Shown: piece after piece, positions 49,619 through 58,692 of the stretch
How positions within the stretch are numbered: the stretch's first letter is position 1
Layout of the letters: the number at the start of each line of letters is the position of its first letter
NCBI GenBank assembly: GCA_964492845.1
Contig: CAZBMZ010000001.1
Location: 273,643 to 337,642, forward strand
Reading direction: 5' to 3'
Source: an uncultured Clostridia bacterium
GTDB taxonomy: Bacteria > Acidobacteriota > Blastocatellia > Chloracidobacteriales > JADJPF01
Length of the DNA: 64,000 bases
Notes under the pieces: model-generated
What the model was told of the DNA's origin: nothing
What the model saw: only the letters and a program-made list of their open reading frames with translations
Database searches by the model: none
Program-made: the position numbers and the translations under genes

Positions 49619-49852
49619 AAGAATAAAGTTAACCTCCAGTTTCCTGGGCAATGATTTGATTTAATGCGGGTAAATGCCATAAATAAGTTAAATTAATCAA
49701 TATGCAAGATCAATGGATTGTCAACAATTTTGCTTCAATTGTAAATGTTTTATTTTGACATTTCGGAAAATCCTTAACTTGACAATAATGCACGAAGTTT
49801 TGCTTAATAAACAAGCAATTCTTGGTGAAGATTTCCTACTTTAACAAAATAT

Positions 49853-50761
49853 TTATACTTTCCTTAGCGCATCTTGCCCAATACTTAAGCGATAACCTCG
49901 GTCAACTAAATAACCTTTAGTGATTAATTCTGCAATGATAGTTAGGGCTTCTTTATGGTCAATAAAGGCTTCTTTGCTAATTGCGTTATCAACAATAAAA
50001 CCTGCTAGCCCTGCGCGATCTCTGCCTAAACAATGGGCAAGGGATTGAACACTATAACGCCCTGGAAACTGCATAACAATTTTAATTAATGCTTTTGTTG
50101 CCACCTCATTAACTGGAATTGGTGCGCACAAATTACGGACAGGATGCTCAAAAGTTGTAACTACAGGGCGTTCTTCATAATGGCTAAAGCGACTTTGAGC
50201 TTTATATTTTCCTAAATGGGGTTTATCAGCTATTTTTTGATAAAGTAGTAATGTGACTATCACATCATTAGCAGCATAGTTTAGCTGTTCTTTTGACAGC
50301 GGACGACTAGCCCAATTTGAGCGTTGAAAAGTTTTGTCTAAACTAATTCCAAGGTGTCTTTTAGCTAGTGCTTCAAGTGAGCAGCCTTTTTCACCTGATC
50401 GACGCGCGGCTAGCATTGTATCAAAAACATTTTCTACAATAATGTTAGATAATTTTCTAAGCTTATTTACATCAAAGCTAGCATTATGAATAACTTTAAT
50501 AATGTTGCTGTTAATCATTATTTCTTGCAATGGTTTTAAGTTTAAGTTACAAAAACAATCTATTACCCAAACTTCAAAAACAGTTTCTCTTTGTACTCCT
50601 AATTGAATTAAGGAAACTCGTTCAGCAGTTTTATCCCACCAATAAGCCGTTTCAATATCTAAAGCTATAAATGAGCTTTCCATCAAAGATTGATGTAGTG
50701 AAAGCAGCATTTCATTGCTATTAACAAATGTTACATTAGAGAGTAGATTATTTAATTCCAT
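49853..50761 (-). CDS. DEDDy 3'-5' exonuclease (RNase D-like) with C-terminal extension
   Basis: ALDIET, HNASFD, FDT, SNWASRPL, YAAND; ATG 50761 assumed as start. Confidence 0.82.
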   Translation of the reverse strand: MELNNLLSNVTFVNSNEMLLSLHQSLMESSFIALDIETAYWWDKTAERVSLIQLGVQRETVFEVWVIDCFCNLNLKPLQEIMINSNIIKVIHNASFDVNKLRKLSNIIVENVFDTMLAARRSGEKGCSLEALAKRHLGISLDKTFQRSNWASRPLSKEQLNYAANDVIVTLLLYQKIADKPHLGKYKAQSRFSHYEERPVVTTFEHPVRNLCAPIPVNEVATKALIKIVMQFPGRYSVQSLAHCLGRDRAGLAGFIVDNAISKEAFIDHKEALTIIAELITKGYLVDRGYRLSIGQDALRKV

Positions 50762-50845
50762 AGCTATAAGTAAAAATAGTTTTGCAAAAAAAGATGCCGA
50801 GAAAATATTTCTCGGCATCAGAAGTTTTTCTATCCAGAAAGAAAC

Positions 50846-52423
50846 TTATTTATTCTTCTTATTCTTCTTTTGCGTTTTAGCCGCAAAGTCTACAGAATAA
50901 GCAAAGCCTTTAGGATCTTCTATCCAAAGGCGGTATTCATATCTAGTATTAGCTTTTAGGGAAGTATCAATATATATTGCTTTACCATCAGCAGGGACTT
51001 TAGCAATTTGCTTAAATTGAGAGCCTTCTTTTCTATTAATTTCAACCTTAAAGCCTCTTAATTGCTCGTTGTGGACACCAGGGAAGCCCCAAGAAAGCTC
51101 TATTGCATTAGGAGCAATACCTTGACCAGCAGGGAAGCAAACCGGCCCAAGATTTATTGTTCCAACTCCGCCACCTATAAGCCCACCAGCTAGAACACTA
51201 GCAAAAACATTTGTCGATGAAAAAAGATTGTCTGTTGTAAGAGTTGTGGCCCTTGAAGAAAACGCTATAACAGCACCATTAGCATTAATAGCAGGGGAAA
51301 AACTATCTCCATCACTACCAATATTGTTAGTATCAAGATTAGGAATACTAACTAAAGCTGCACTTTGCAAGCCTTGTTGCAAATTAAAAAGGTATATGTC
51401 GCTAAAGTTATTGGTGTCGGTTGCTGCAAACCTTTGACCTGTAGCAACTGCTAAAAGAGTACCATTTGTATTTAAAGCTATGGGTCGAGCATTATTTGCA
51501 GAAATAGTTGAAACTTGAATAGGCATTCTTGTCATATTCGCTTGACCAAGAGGTATTACAAATATAGCACTGCCAGAAACATAAGCTATGGTACTTCCAT
51601 CAGAACTAATAGTAAGAAATTGTGGAGGAGCATTATTACTTAATGGGAGGTTTGGTATTTGGGTAGCTGTATCAGTATTAGTGCTAATATCCCTAACAAA
51701 AACATTACTTCCAGATATAAAGGCAATAACAGAACCATTTTGACTAATAGTAGGTGAAGAGCAATTTGCTAAAGGCCCAGTGCTATCTCTACTTATTAAA
51801 GTATTACCACTATTATTAAAAAGGTATATGCTAGATGGAGGTGGAATAAAAATATCGCTGGTAAGATCGGTAGCATTAGAAATGTAAACAATTGAATTGC
51901 CATCTCCACTTATAACAGGAGAAAAACTGCTTCCATTAGCTGGATTTAGTGAAGAATTAAAAGATCCACTAATTAAAGAAACTGCATTGTTGCCACGAAC
52001 ATTTAAGTAAATATTTGAACCACTAGAACCAGCAGTAGGATCTATTAAATTGATAGATGACTGAAAAACTGCTCTTGAACCATCTCCACTTAAAGAAGTG
52101 GCTAATCCTTCACGCACGCTATCATCAAGATTAGCTCTACTTATAATCAGTCTATCCCCTGCGCTGATGTCACTTGAAACTGCGGGTTGAAGATCAGGAA
52201 ATGTTGCTGTATAAGTGATAAATTGACCATTTCCACTAACAGCAGGGTTTATACCGCCGCTAAATGACGTGGAAGAATTAGGATTAGTATTTCCTCCGCT
52301 AATTAAAACAATTGTATTTCCTTGTTGTTGGCCGTAGCAAACGCCAGCAAAAAGGGTGGAAATTACACAGGATAAAATTGCAGCTTGAAAAATTTGGGAA
52401 AAACGGCGAATTCTGGATAGCAT
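50846..52423 (-). CDS. Exported TolB-like beta-propeller plus fibronectin-III domain
   Basis: Repeats S.SP.IS.DG..I.F.S.A..L; C-terminal IELSW...YIDTSL.ANT.YEY. Confidence 0.75.
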   Translation of the reverse strand: MLSRIRRFSQIFQAAILSCVISTLFAGVCYGQQQGNTIVLISGGNTNPNSSTSFSGGINPAVSGNGQFITYTATFPDLQPAVSSDISAGDRLIISRANLDDSVREGLATSLSGDGSRAVFQSSINLIDPTAGSSGSNIYLNVRGNNAVSLISGSFNSSLNPANGSSFSPVISGDGNSIVYISNATDLTSDIFIPPPSSIYLFNNSGNTLISRDSTGPLANCSSPTISQNGSVIAFISGSNVFVRDISTNTDTATQIPNLPLSNNAPPQFLTISSDGSTIAYVSGSAIFVIPLGQANMTRMPIQVSTISANNARPIALNTNGTLLAVATGQRFAATDTNNFSDIYLFNLQQGLQSAALVSIPNLDTNNIGSDGDSFSPAINANGAVIAFSSRATTLTTDNLFSSTNVFASVLAGGLIGGGVGTINLGPVCFPAGQGIAPNAIELSWGFPGVHNEQLRGFKVEINRKEGSQFKQIAKVPADGKAIYIDTSLKANTRYEYRLWIEDPKGFAYSVDFAAKTQKKNKKNK

Positions 52424-52608
52424 GTTTTCCTCACTATTTTTAATAATTTATTAATATAAAAACTATTTGGATATGTGTTCTAATTAAAATTTGTTAGAAC
52501 AATAAAAACTATTTTTGACCTATTTGCCCAATTATATACAGATTGCTATCTGTAGCCAAACATTATTTTGCTAAGTGCCGCTGCTCTATTAATTAATATT
52601 TATTGGAC

Positions 52609-54786
52609 TTAGCTAAAAACTACTGCAATAAATAACAAAACATTTAGAACAAATGAAAAAATGCCAATATATCGCCCTGCCAAAGCCCAAACACGGTAAT
52701 CATAACCAATATTATGTTGAGCAATTAACTTTAATGCTTTTCCAGAAAGTATAAATGATACTGGCCCGGCAATTACTCCAAAACAAAATAAACTAAGCAC
52801 AGAGAGTGCAAAAGCGATCATTGCATGACTTTTTATTTGCTGAATTACGCTATCTAAAAAAGCCTCTGATCCTATAGGCATTTGATTGGGCATTTGGTAA
52901 GGGTGTTGATAGGGTGGCACTTTCTGCATGTTTTGAGCAGGATTATATGAATTATCAAAAGGCGTTCTATTAGGTGAATTGCTAGGGTCATTTAATGGAT
53001 CAGGATAATAAAGAGGACGCTGATTTTGTTGTGCTTGCTGCAATGGACTAGCATAAGGCGTGTAAGGATTATTAAAGGGCTGATAAGTGTTACTAGGATA
53101 ATTAGGTTGTGAGCTATTAGTTTTATTACTTATTAGATTTGCGGTTAGGTATAAGTCCCCGTTTTTAGATTCGCCTACTATGGGCATTCCCTTACCAACA
53201 ACAGGAATTAACGTCCCATTAGTAGTATTAGCAGGAACTTTAACCATGATATTTTTTCCATATATGGTTAAAAAGGCTATTTCTTGCCCTAGTTGTTCAT
53301 CTGTTATGTTGACCGTGCAGTAAAGATCATTTCCTTGTCTTTGGAAAAAATGATGTTGTCTAATAACAATATTTACATAAAGATCGCCATTAGCCCCACC
53401 ATCAAAACTAACTTCTCCTTGACCTGTTAAGCAAAGACGTTCGCCATCTTTAACCCCTGGTTGAATGTTTATATTAAATGTGTTTTCTATATTGATTTTG
53501 CCTAGTCCCTTGCAAGTTCGACACTTGCTAGAGTCGTCCATCATCATTTTACCTTGGCAACTCTGGCAAAATTGAAGTCTAGGGATTTTAATAGGCAGCA
53601 TTATGCCTCTAGCCGCGTCTTCAAGGCTTATTTGGGCATTAAAATTAAGATCGCTTCCTCGTTTTCCAACTGCAATTTTAGCAGGGGGCAACTCTCCAGA
53701 TATATCAACACGGGTAAGAGGAATATCTTTTTCTGCAATAGGGTTTGTAGACCTAGCTTGATTAGTTGATGTAGCTTGATGCTCAAGGTTACTAGCTGAA
53801 ATTTGATTAGCTACCAAATTTCTAATATTTTCATCCATTGGTGAGGTTGTAGGCTTTTTTAATCCATCTGTCACCCTAGTTGGAGGAATTTCTAAAGAGT
53901 CGCTTGGCATTGATAAAGACTCGTTTACTACTGATTCAAAATCAGGTATTGCTTCAAATGCCGTTAAACAGGCTATTTCTAATTGTTTAGCTAGAGCAAC
54001 AACACTTGGATCAAAACATGATTTTAGCTCTGTAAAAAGTTGAGAGTTTCGCGGACTTTGAAAATCAGCTATTGAAAAAATCAAATTGCTACTCTTATGG
54101 TACTTTTGCCATAAATTTTGATCTACTGCTAAGGCTCGTAAGCTAAGATAAATTACTAAAGATGAAAAATCAGCTAACTTTTCATCAAAACTTTGTAAAT
54201 TTCTTTGTGGATGTTGAAAATCACTATTTCCTAGTTCTAAGCTATTTTGACCTCGCAGGGAAGGGTTAAAAATACTGTCATAATCAACCAGTAAAATTTG
54301 CTCTTGTTCATTAATAATAATGTTATTAGGCTCTAAATCACCGTGTGAAAGCCTATTGCCACGTAAAGTATTAACTAGCCCTCGCCATTGAGCAGCTAAA
54401 ATCATCAAAACCCTAGGGTTATTTAAGTTTTTTGTTATATAGTCGTTAAGCTTTACACCCTGCGCCCAATCCATTTTTACAATAGGAAAACTTCTCCCAT
54501 TTATTTGTATTCCTTGAGCTAAATAACTGAAATTAACCAGGTTGGGGATCCAAATGCTTTTTAGATATTTACTTAAAGTTGTGTATCGATTTTCTTGATC
54601 TGTAGTTTCTTTAAGAAAAAAGCGAATCGCCCAAGATTTATTGTTGTTTTGCATCTGATAAACAAGTGCATTAGTGCCTTGAATTAGACTTGAGCTTACT
54701 TTTGCTTTTTGTAGGTCAGGATCTAAAAAGCAAGAAGGGGTATTTATCGCGTTTTGGTAATCGGCTAATGTCGGCCAATTGGTCAC
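52609..54786 (-). CDS. Kinase-like domain fused to DnaJ Zn-finger/C-terminal domain and DUF4190-like TM tail
   Basis: WPT..DY..AI..P, HGDL..NNI, LVDYD; RGSDL...ISLEDAARG, CQSCQG, CRTCKGLG, GDLYV, GKGMP; C-terminal TM pair; GTG 54786 after GGAG. Confidence 0.8.
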   Translation of the reverse strand: MTNWPTLADYQNAINTPSCFLDPDLQKAKVSSSLIQGTNALVYQMQNNNKSWAIRFFLKETTDQENRYTTLSKYLKSIWIPNLVNFSYLAQGIQINGRSFPIVKMDWAQGVKLNDYITKNLNNPRVLMILAAQWRGLVNTLRGNRLSHGDLEPNNIIINEQEQILLVDYDSIFNPSLRGQNSLELGNSDFQHPQRNLQSFDEKLADFSSLVIYLSLRALAVDQNLWQKYHKSSNLIFSIADFQSPRNSQLFTELKSCFDPSVVALAKQLEIACLTAFEAIPDFESVVNESLSMPSDSLEIPPTRVTDGLKKPTTSPMDENIRNLVANQISASNLEHQATSTNQARSTNPIAEKDIPLTRVDISGELPPAKIAVGKRGSDLNFNAQISLEDAARGIMLPIKIPRLQFCQSCQGKMMMDDSSKCRTCKGLGKINIENTFNINIQPGVKDGERLCLTGQGEVSFDGGANGDLYVNIVIRQHHFFQRQGNDLYCTVNITDEQLGQEIAFLTIYGKNIMVKVPANTTNGTLIPVVGKGMPIVGESKNGDLYLTANLISNKTNSSQPNYPSNTYQPFNNPYTPYASPLQQAQQNQRPLYYPDPLNDPSNSPNRTPFDNSYNPAQNMQKVPPYQHPYQMPNQMPIGSEAFLDSVIQQIKSHAMIAFALSVLSLFCFGVIAGPVSFILSGKALKLIAQHNIGYDYRVWALAGRYIGIFSFVLNVLLFIAVVFS

Positions 54787-54972
54787 TTTAACTTCTCCAT
54801 AACAAAAAGCATAATAAAATAAAGCCAAACGATTTTGATTATACTAAAGCCAATGGCTTTTTGCAGCCTAGTTAAATGATGCAAATGTGGTGCAAATAGA
54901 GGTTTCTCTGTTGGCAAAAAATTTTGTTATACTACCAAAACTTATTACCTTAATTTACCTTAATTTAACCCT

Positions 54973-56052
54973 ATGGAATTTTCAAAATATAATTTTGACC
55001 CACGTTTAGCTTACAACCAAACTATTCCTTCTGACTGGTATTTTTCAGCAGAAATGCTAGCAGCAGAAAAGCTTAATATTTTTTCTAAAACCTGGCAATT
55101 AGTTGGTAGGTTAGAACAAGTTGCAACGCCTGGAAGTTACTTTACAGCCACTGTAGCAGATGAACCTGTTGTTGTAGTTCGAGACAAGGATAGCAAAATC
55201 CGAGCATTTTCTAATGTTTGTCGCCATCGTGCTGGAGAAGTTGCTAAGGCGGCAGGAAAAAGAAATTCTTTTCAATGTGGTTATCATGGCTGGACTTATA
55301 GCCTGGCGGGTAAATTGCTACATTGCCCAGAGTTTGACGGGGTAGAGTGTTTTAATAAAGCGGATTACAGCCTACCAGAATTTCAAGTTGAAATTTGGGG
55401 ACAGCTAATTTTTGTTAACCTAGATAAAAATAGCCCTAGTCTAGCTACTTTTCTTGAAGATTTGCCTAATTTATTTGCTTATCACGATTTAGCAAGCTTA
55501 AAACTTGCTGCCCGCAAAGATTGGTATATGAATTGTAACTGGAAAGTCTATATTGACAACTACTTAGAAGGCTACCATATACCAATTGTCCATCCTGGGT
55601 TAAATAGAGAATTAGACTATGGAAAATACTTAGTCGAGACTAAAAAATATTATTCAATCCAGCATTCTCCTATAAGAGAGTCCGCCGCACGTTTAGCCCA
55701 AGGTCAAGAAAATAACAGCCCAGTGCAATATTTTTGGATTTTCCCTAACTTACTACTTAATGTTTACCCTGATAATTACTCAACAAATTTGATTATTCCT
55801 CTTAGCCCAACAAAAACTTTAACCGTGTTTGAATGGTATTTTCGCAACCCAGAAAGCGAGGCAGTAAAAAAAGAAGTTGAAAGAGTAGTTAAATTTAGCG
55901 ATGAAATTCAAGTTGAAGACATAGATATTTGTGAAACTGTGCAACGTGGTCTAGCCTCTCAAACCTATAAACAAGGTCGTTATTCAGTAAAACGGGAAAA
56001 TGGAGTTCATCATTTTCATTCGCTTCTAGTAGAATACCTAGGGTTAAAGTAA
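54973..56052 (+). CDS. Rieske non-heme iron oxygenase alpha subunit (choline monooxygenase-like)
   Basis: CRH...CGYH; NWK...DNYLEGYH...VH; ED...CE.VQ.GL. Confidence 0.9.
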   Translation: MEFSKYNFDPRLAYNQTIPSDWYFSAEMLAAEKLNIFSKTWQLVGRLEQVATPGSYFTATVADEPVVVVRDKDSKIRAFSNVCRHRAGEVAKAAGKRNSFQCGYHGWTYSLAGKLLHCPEFDGVECFNKADYSLPEFQVEIWGQLIFVNLDKNSPSLATFLEDLPNLFAYHDLASLKLAARKDWYMNCNWKVYIDNYLEGYHIPIVHPGLNRELDYGKYLVETKKYYSIQHSPIRESAARLAQGQENNSPVQYFWIFPNLLLNVYPDNYSTNLIIPLSPTKTLTVFEWYFRNPESEAVKKEVERVVKFSDEIQVEDIDICETVQRGLASQTYKQGRYSVKRENGVHHFHSLLVEYLGLK

Positions 56053-56080
56053 GTTATCTTCTTTAATTAGGGGTGTTTTT

Positions 56081-56866
56081 ATGTTTGAGAAATTATTATC
56101 TGTTTTTTCGATAGGTTCAGCTAGGATTGATACACGTTTAGAAAAAACTAGTTATATGCCTGGGGAGCAAATGCGAGGGCAAACATTTGTTTTTGGCGGT
56201 GAGCGAACAGAAAAAATTGAAGATATTTCTATTAATACAAGCACTCGTATTTTTAAGAGGGTAAATAATGAGAAGCGGTATTGGTATAGTATTTTTGCTA
56301 GTTATAAAATTACTTCTACTTTTTCAATTCAACCTAAAGAAACTAAAGTTTTTCCTTTTGTTATTACATTACCTCTTAATACTCCATTAACTATGTTTGA
56401 CCAACAAGTTTATGTGAATACCAGATTAAATGTTGTAATGGGTGGGGATCCTAAAGATACAGATGCTATTGAAATTAGACCTTTGCCAATAATGGAAGCC
56501 ATTATTTATGGAATGCAATACTTAGGGTTTTATTTGGTAGCAAATATATGTGAATACAGCCCACATTTTAAGCATAGTGGTGAATTTGTTCAAAAAATAA
56601 GATTTAACCCTATAAGCGGAATTTATAAAAATAAGCTTGAAAAAATAGATGTAATTTTTTTACCTAATCCACCATATCATTTAGATGTGGTTTTAGAAGT
56701 AGATAAAGATATAAATGGTTTTCTTCATGATATTTTATTTTTTAGATCAGATAGTATTAGCACATCTTTTCAAATCTCAGGAGCAGATTTACAAAAGCCT
56801 GTAGAGTATTTTGCTGGCCTAATCGCAAATGCCATAAATACGGTAGTAAAAATTAATAGAAATTAA
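56081..56866 (+). CDS. Spo0M family protein
   Basis: MFEKLLS...IGSARIDTRL...PGE...GG, LP.NTP.T, DPKDTD.I...P. Confidence 0.82.
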   Translation: MFEKLLSVFSIGSARIDTRLEKTSYMPGEQMRGQTFVFGGERTEKIEDISINTSTRIFKRVNNEKRYWYSIFASYKITSTFSIQPKETKVFPFVITLPLNTPLTMFDQQVYVNTRLNVVMGGDPKDTDAIEIRPLPIMEAIIYGMQYLGFYLVANICEYSPHFKHSGEFVQKIRFNPISGIYKNKLEKIDVIFLPNPPYHLDVVLEVDKDINGFLHDILFFRSDSISTSFQISGADLQKPVEYFAGLIANAINTVVKINRN

Positions 56867-56927
56867 CTAAATAATTATAGGATATGTCTTGCAAGCTATT
56901 GAAAATGCGGCGATATCCAAATTCTTA

Positions 56928-57004
56928 GCCCTGTTAAGGGCTATTGATAATAGCCTAGTCCTTTAGGGCTAGGCGGCTAGGCGGGCTAGGTGGGCTAGCT
57001 GGCT
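56928..57004 (+). repeat. REP-like element C followed by a GGCTAGG-type tandem run
   Basis: GCCCTGTTAAGGGC-TATTGATAATAGCCTAGTCCTTTAGGGCTAGG then 4-5 degenerate GGCTAGG units. Confidence 0.7.
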
Positions 57005-57724
57005 TTATTTTTCCTTTGCCCAAAGCTTTTCTAACCAAGGAACGGATTTGCTTAAAGCTTCTGCAAAATCGCCTGTTTGAAAATGTGTGATTTTACTAAC
57101 AACGTGTAATTCTACTTTTCCACCTTTAGCTTTTAATTTTTCTACAGCTTTTTCTGTTAGTTCTAAAGCAAAAAGTTCATCGTCTTGGCTATGAATAACA
57201 TAAAAAGGAGTTGTTCCATCAGGTTCATCAATTGGTCTAGCAGAAACAGGTATGGCAGCACTAAATAATTTAGGATGTCGGCTAGCCATAAACCAAGTCC
57301 CAATCCCACCACGACTATAGCCAGTTACTACCATTTGATTTTGATTTATTGGAAAATCAGCAATTGTTTTATCTAAAAGCTCTAAAACAGCCGCTTCGCT
57401 TTTAGGATCTCGCCAATCTTTTCCCGGACAATCTGGAGCAATAATTACAGCAGGCAAATTCTTAAATGCAGGTATAACTAAATTGTCTGCATAATCCTTA
57501 CCATAATAAGGGGTTACTTCTCCGCCATAATGAAGCGCGAGTATCAAAGGCACTTTTTTGTTTTCTTCTAGCTTAGGTAAATATATTGTATATCGAAGCG
57601 TTGAACCATCTTTTGTAACTAATTCTTTTTTATAGGCTCCGGGTTGTAAAGATTGTTTTTCCATAGAATTAATATTGCTACTAAAAAATAAGGTAATTAA
57701 AAATAAAAAATTCACTAACCACAT
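57005..57724 (-). CDS. Alpha/beta hydrolase (predicted peptidase/phospholipase), exported
   Basis: PLILALH, APDCP, TGYSRGG.G, FSAAIPVS, HS.DD, H. Confidence 0.8.
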   Translation of the reverse strand: MWLVNFLFLITLFFSSNINSMEKQSLQPGAYKKELVTKDGSTLRYTIYLPKLEENKKVPLILALHYGGEVTPYYGKDYADNLVIPAFKNLPAVIIAPDCPGKDWRDPKSEAAVLELLDKTIADFPINQNQMVVTGYSRGGIGTWFMASRHPKLFSAAIPVSARPIDEPDGTTPFYVIHSQDDELFALELTEKAVEKLKAKGGKVELHVVSKITHFQTGDFAEALSKSVPWLEKLWAKEK

Positions 57725-57754
57725 TAAATAATCCTTAAAATATTGAAAATATTG

Positions 57755-58180
57755 TTACTTACTTAATTTATTAATAATAGATTCTGCTGTTTGGACATGA
57801 CGACTAGCTGTTTGAATATCAGCATCAATTTCTGCTTTTAAGCTAGCACGTTCTGAATCTGGTGTTTTGGGAAACTTTTCTGTTTTTTTTATAGCTTGTT
57901 GCCAAGCGTCATGGGCTTTTTGTAGATTTTCTTGAGCATTAATTAAATCTTTTGATAAATCTTTTTCATCACGTTCTAAAAATGGGGTAGCTTTTTGTAA
58001 CCTAAAGTCAAATTGCACAATTTGAGAAGCTATGGACTCACTTTTTGCTGACTCAAGCAACTCTTTATGAATTTCTAATGCTTGGCGTGCTTGATCAAGC
58101 GGGTCGCCTTGAGGCTTACAACCTATTAGGCTGATTAAACTAAAAATAGCTAATAAAACTACTAATAATTTTGCTTTCAT
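57755..58180 (-). CDS. Helical lipoprotein, hypothetical
   Basis: LIGC lipobox. Confidence 0.65.
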   Translation of the reverse strand: MKAKLLVVLLAIFSLISLIGCKPQGDPLDQARQALEIHKELLESAKSESIASQIVQFDFRLQKATPFLERDEKDLSKDLINAQENLQKAHDAWQQAIKKTEKFPKTPDSERASLKAEIDADIQTASRHVQTAESIINKLSK

Positions 58181-58195
58181 TGTTTTTATTTCCTA

Positions 58196-58687
58196 TCACT
58201 TAGTAGCACCAGATTGTTTAAGTAAATCAATTATTTCTGTAAACATTCCACCTACAGCATAACGAAGGGCTGTAGCACCGGTTTTTGCTCTAGCGTTAAC
58301 ATTAGCACCTGCTTCAATTAGCATTTTAGTTATTTCCAAATTGCCAGTTGTTGCAGCATAAATTAAGGCTGTTATGCCATTTTTTGCAGCTAGATTTACA
58401 TCGGCTTTAGCCTCTAAAAGTAGTTTAACTATTTCTGGATAATCTTCTCTAACAGCATTTATTAAAGGCGTTGAGCCTTCATCATCTTGTACATTAACGT
58501 TTGCTCCTGCCTTGATTAGTATTTCTATAATTTCAGTTTGACCTTCTAAAACAGCATTAATTAAAGCTGTGTTTCCATAGTGGTCTACAGATTCTAAGTC
58601 AATTCCAGCAGCCAACAACACTTTTACAGCAATAATATCACCTTCTAATGCTGCAAGTGGTAATTCAGGATTAAGATTATTTACCAT
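58196..58687 (-). CDS. Ankyrin repeat protein
   Basis: G.T(A/P)LI.A...G...I...L..AGA.VN repeats. Confidence 0.92.
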   Translation of the reverse strand: MVNNLNPELPLAALEGDIIAVKVLLAAGIDLESVDHYGNTALINAVLEGQTEIIEILIKAGANVNVQDDEGSTPLINAVREDYPEIVKLLLEAKADVNLAAKNGITALIYAATTGNLEITKMLIEAGANVNARAKTGATALRYAVGGMFTEIIDLLKQSGATK

Positions 58688-58692
58688 GTTTT

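Noticed and set aside
54945-54968. TTACCTTAAT short tandem repeat before the Rieske gene
   Set aside because: About two copies in AT-rich DNA; plausibly chance slippage
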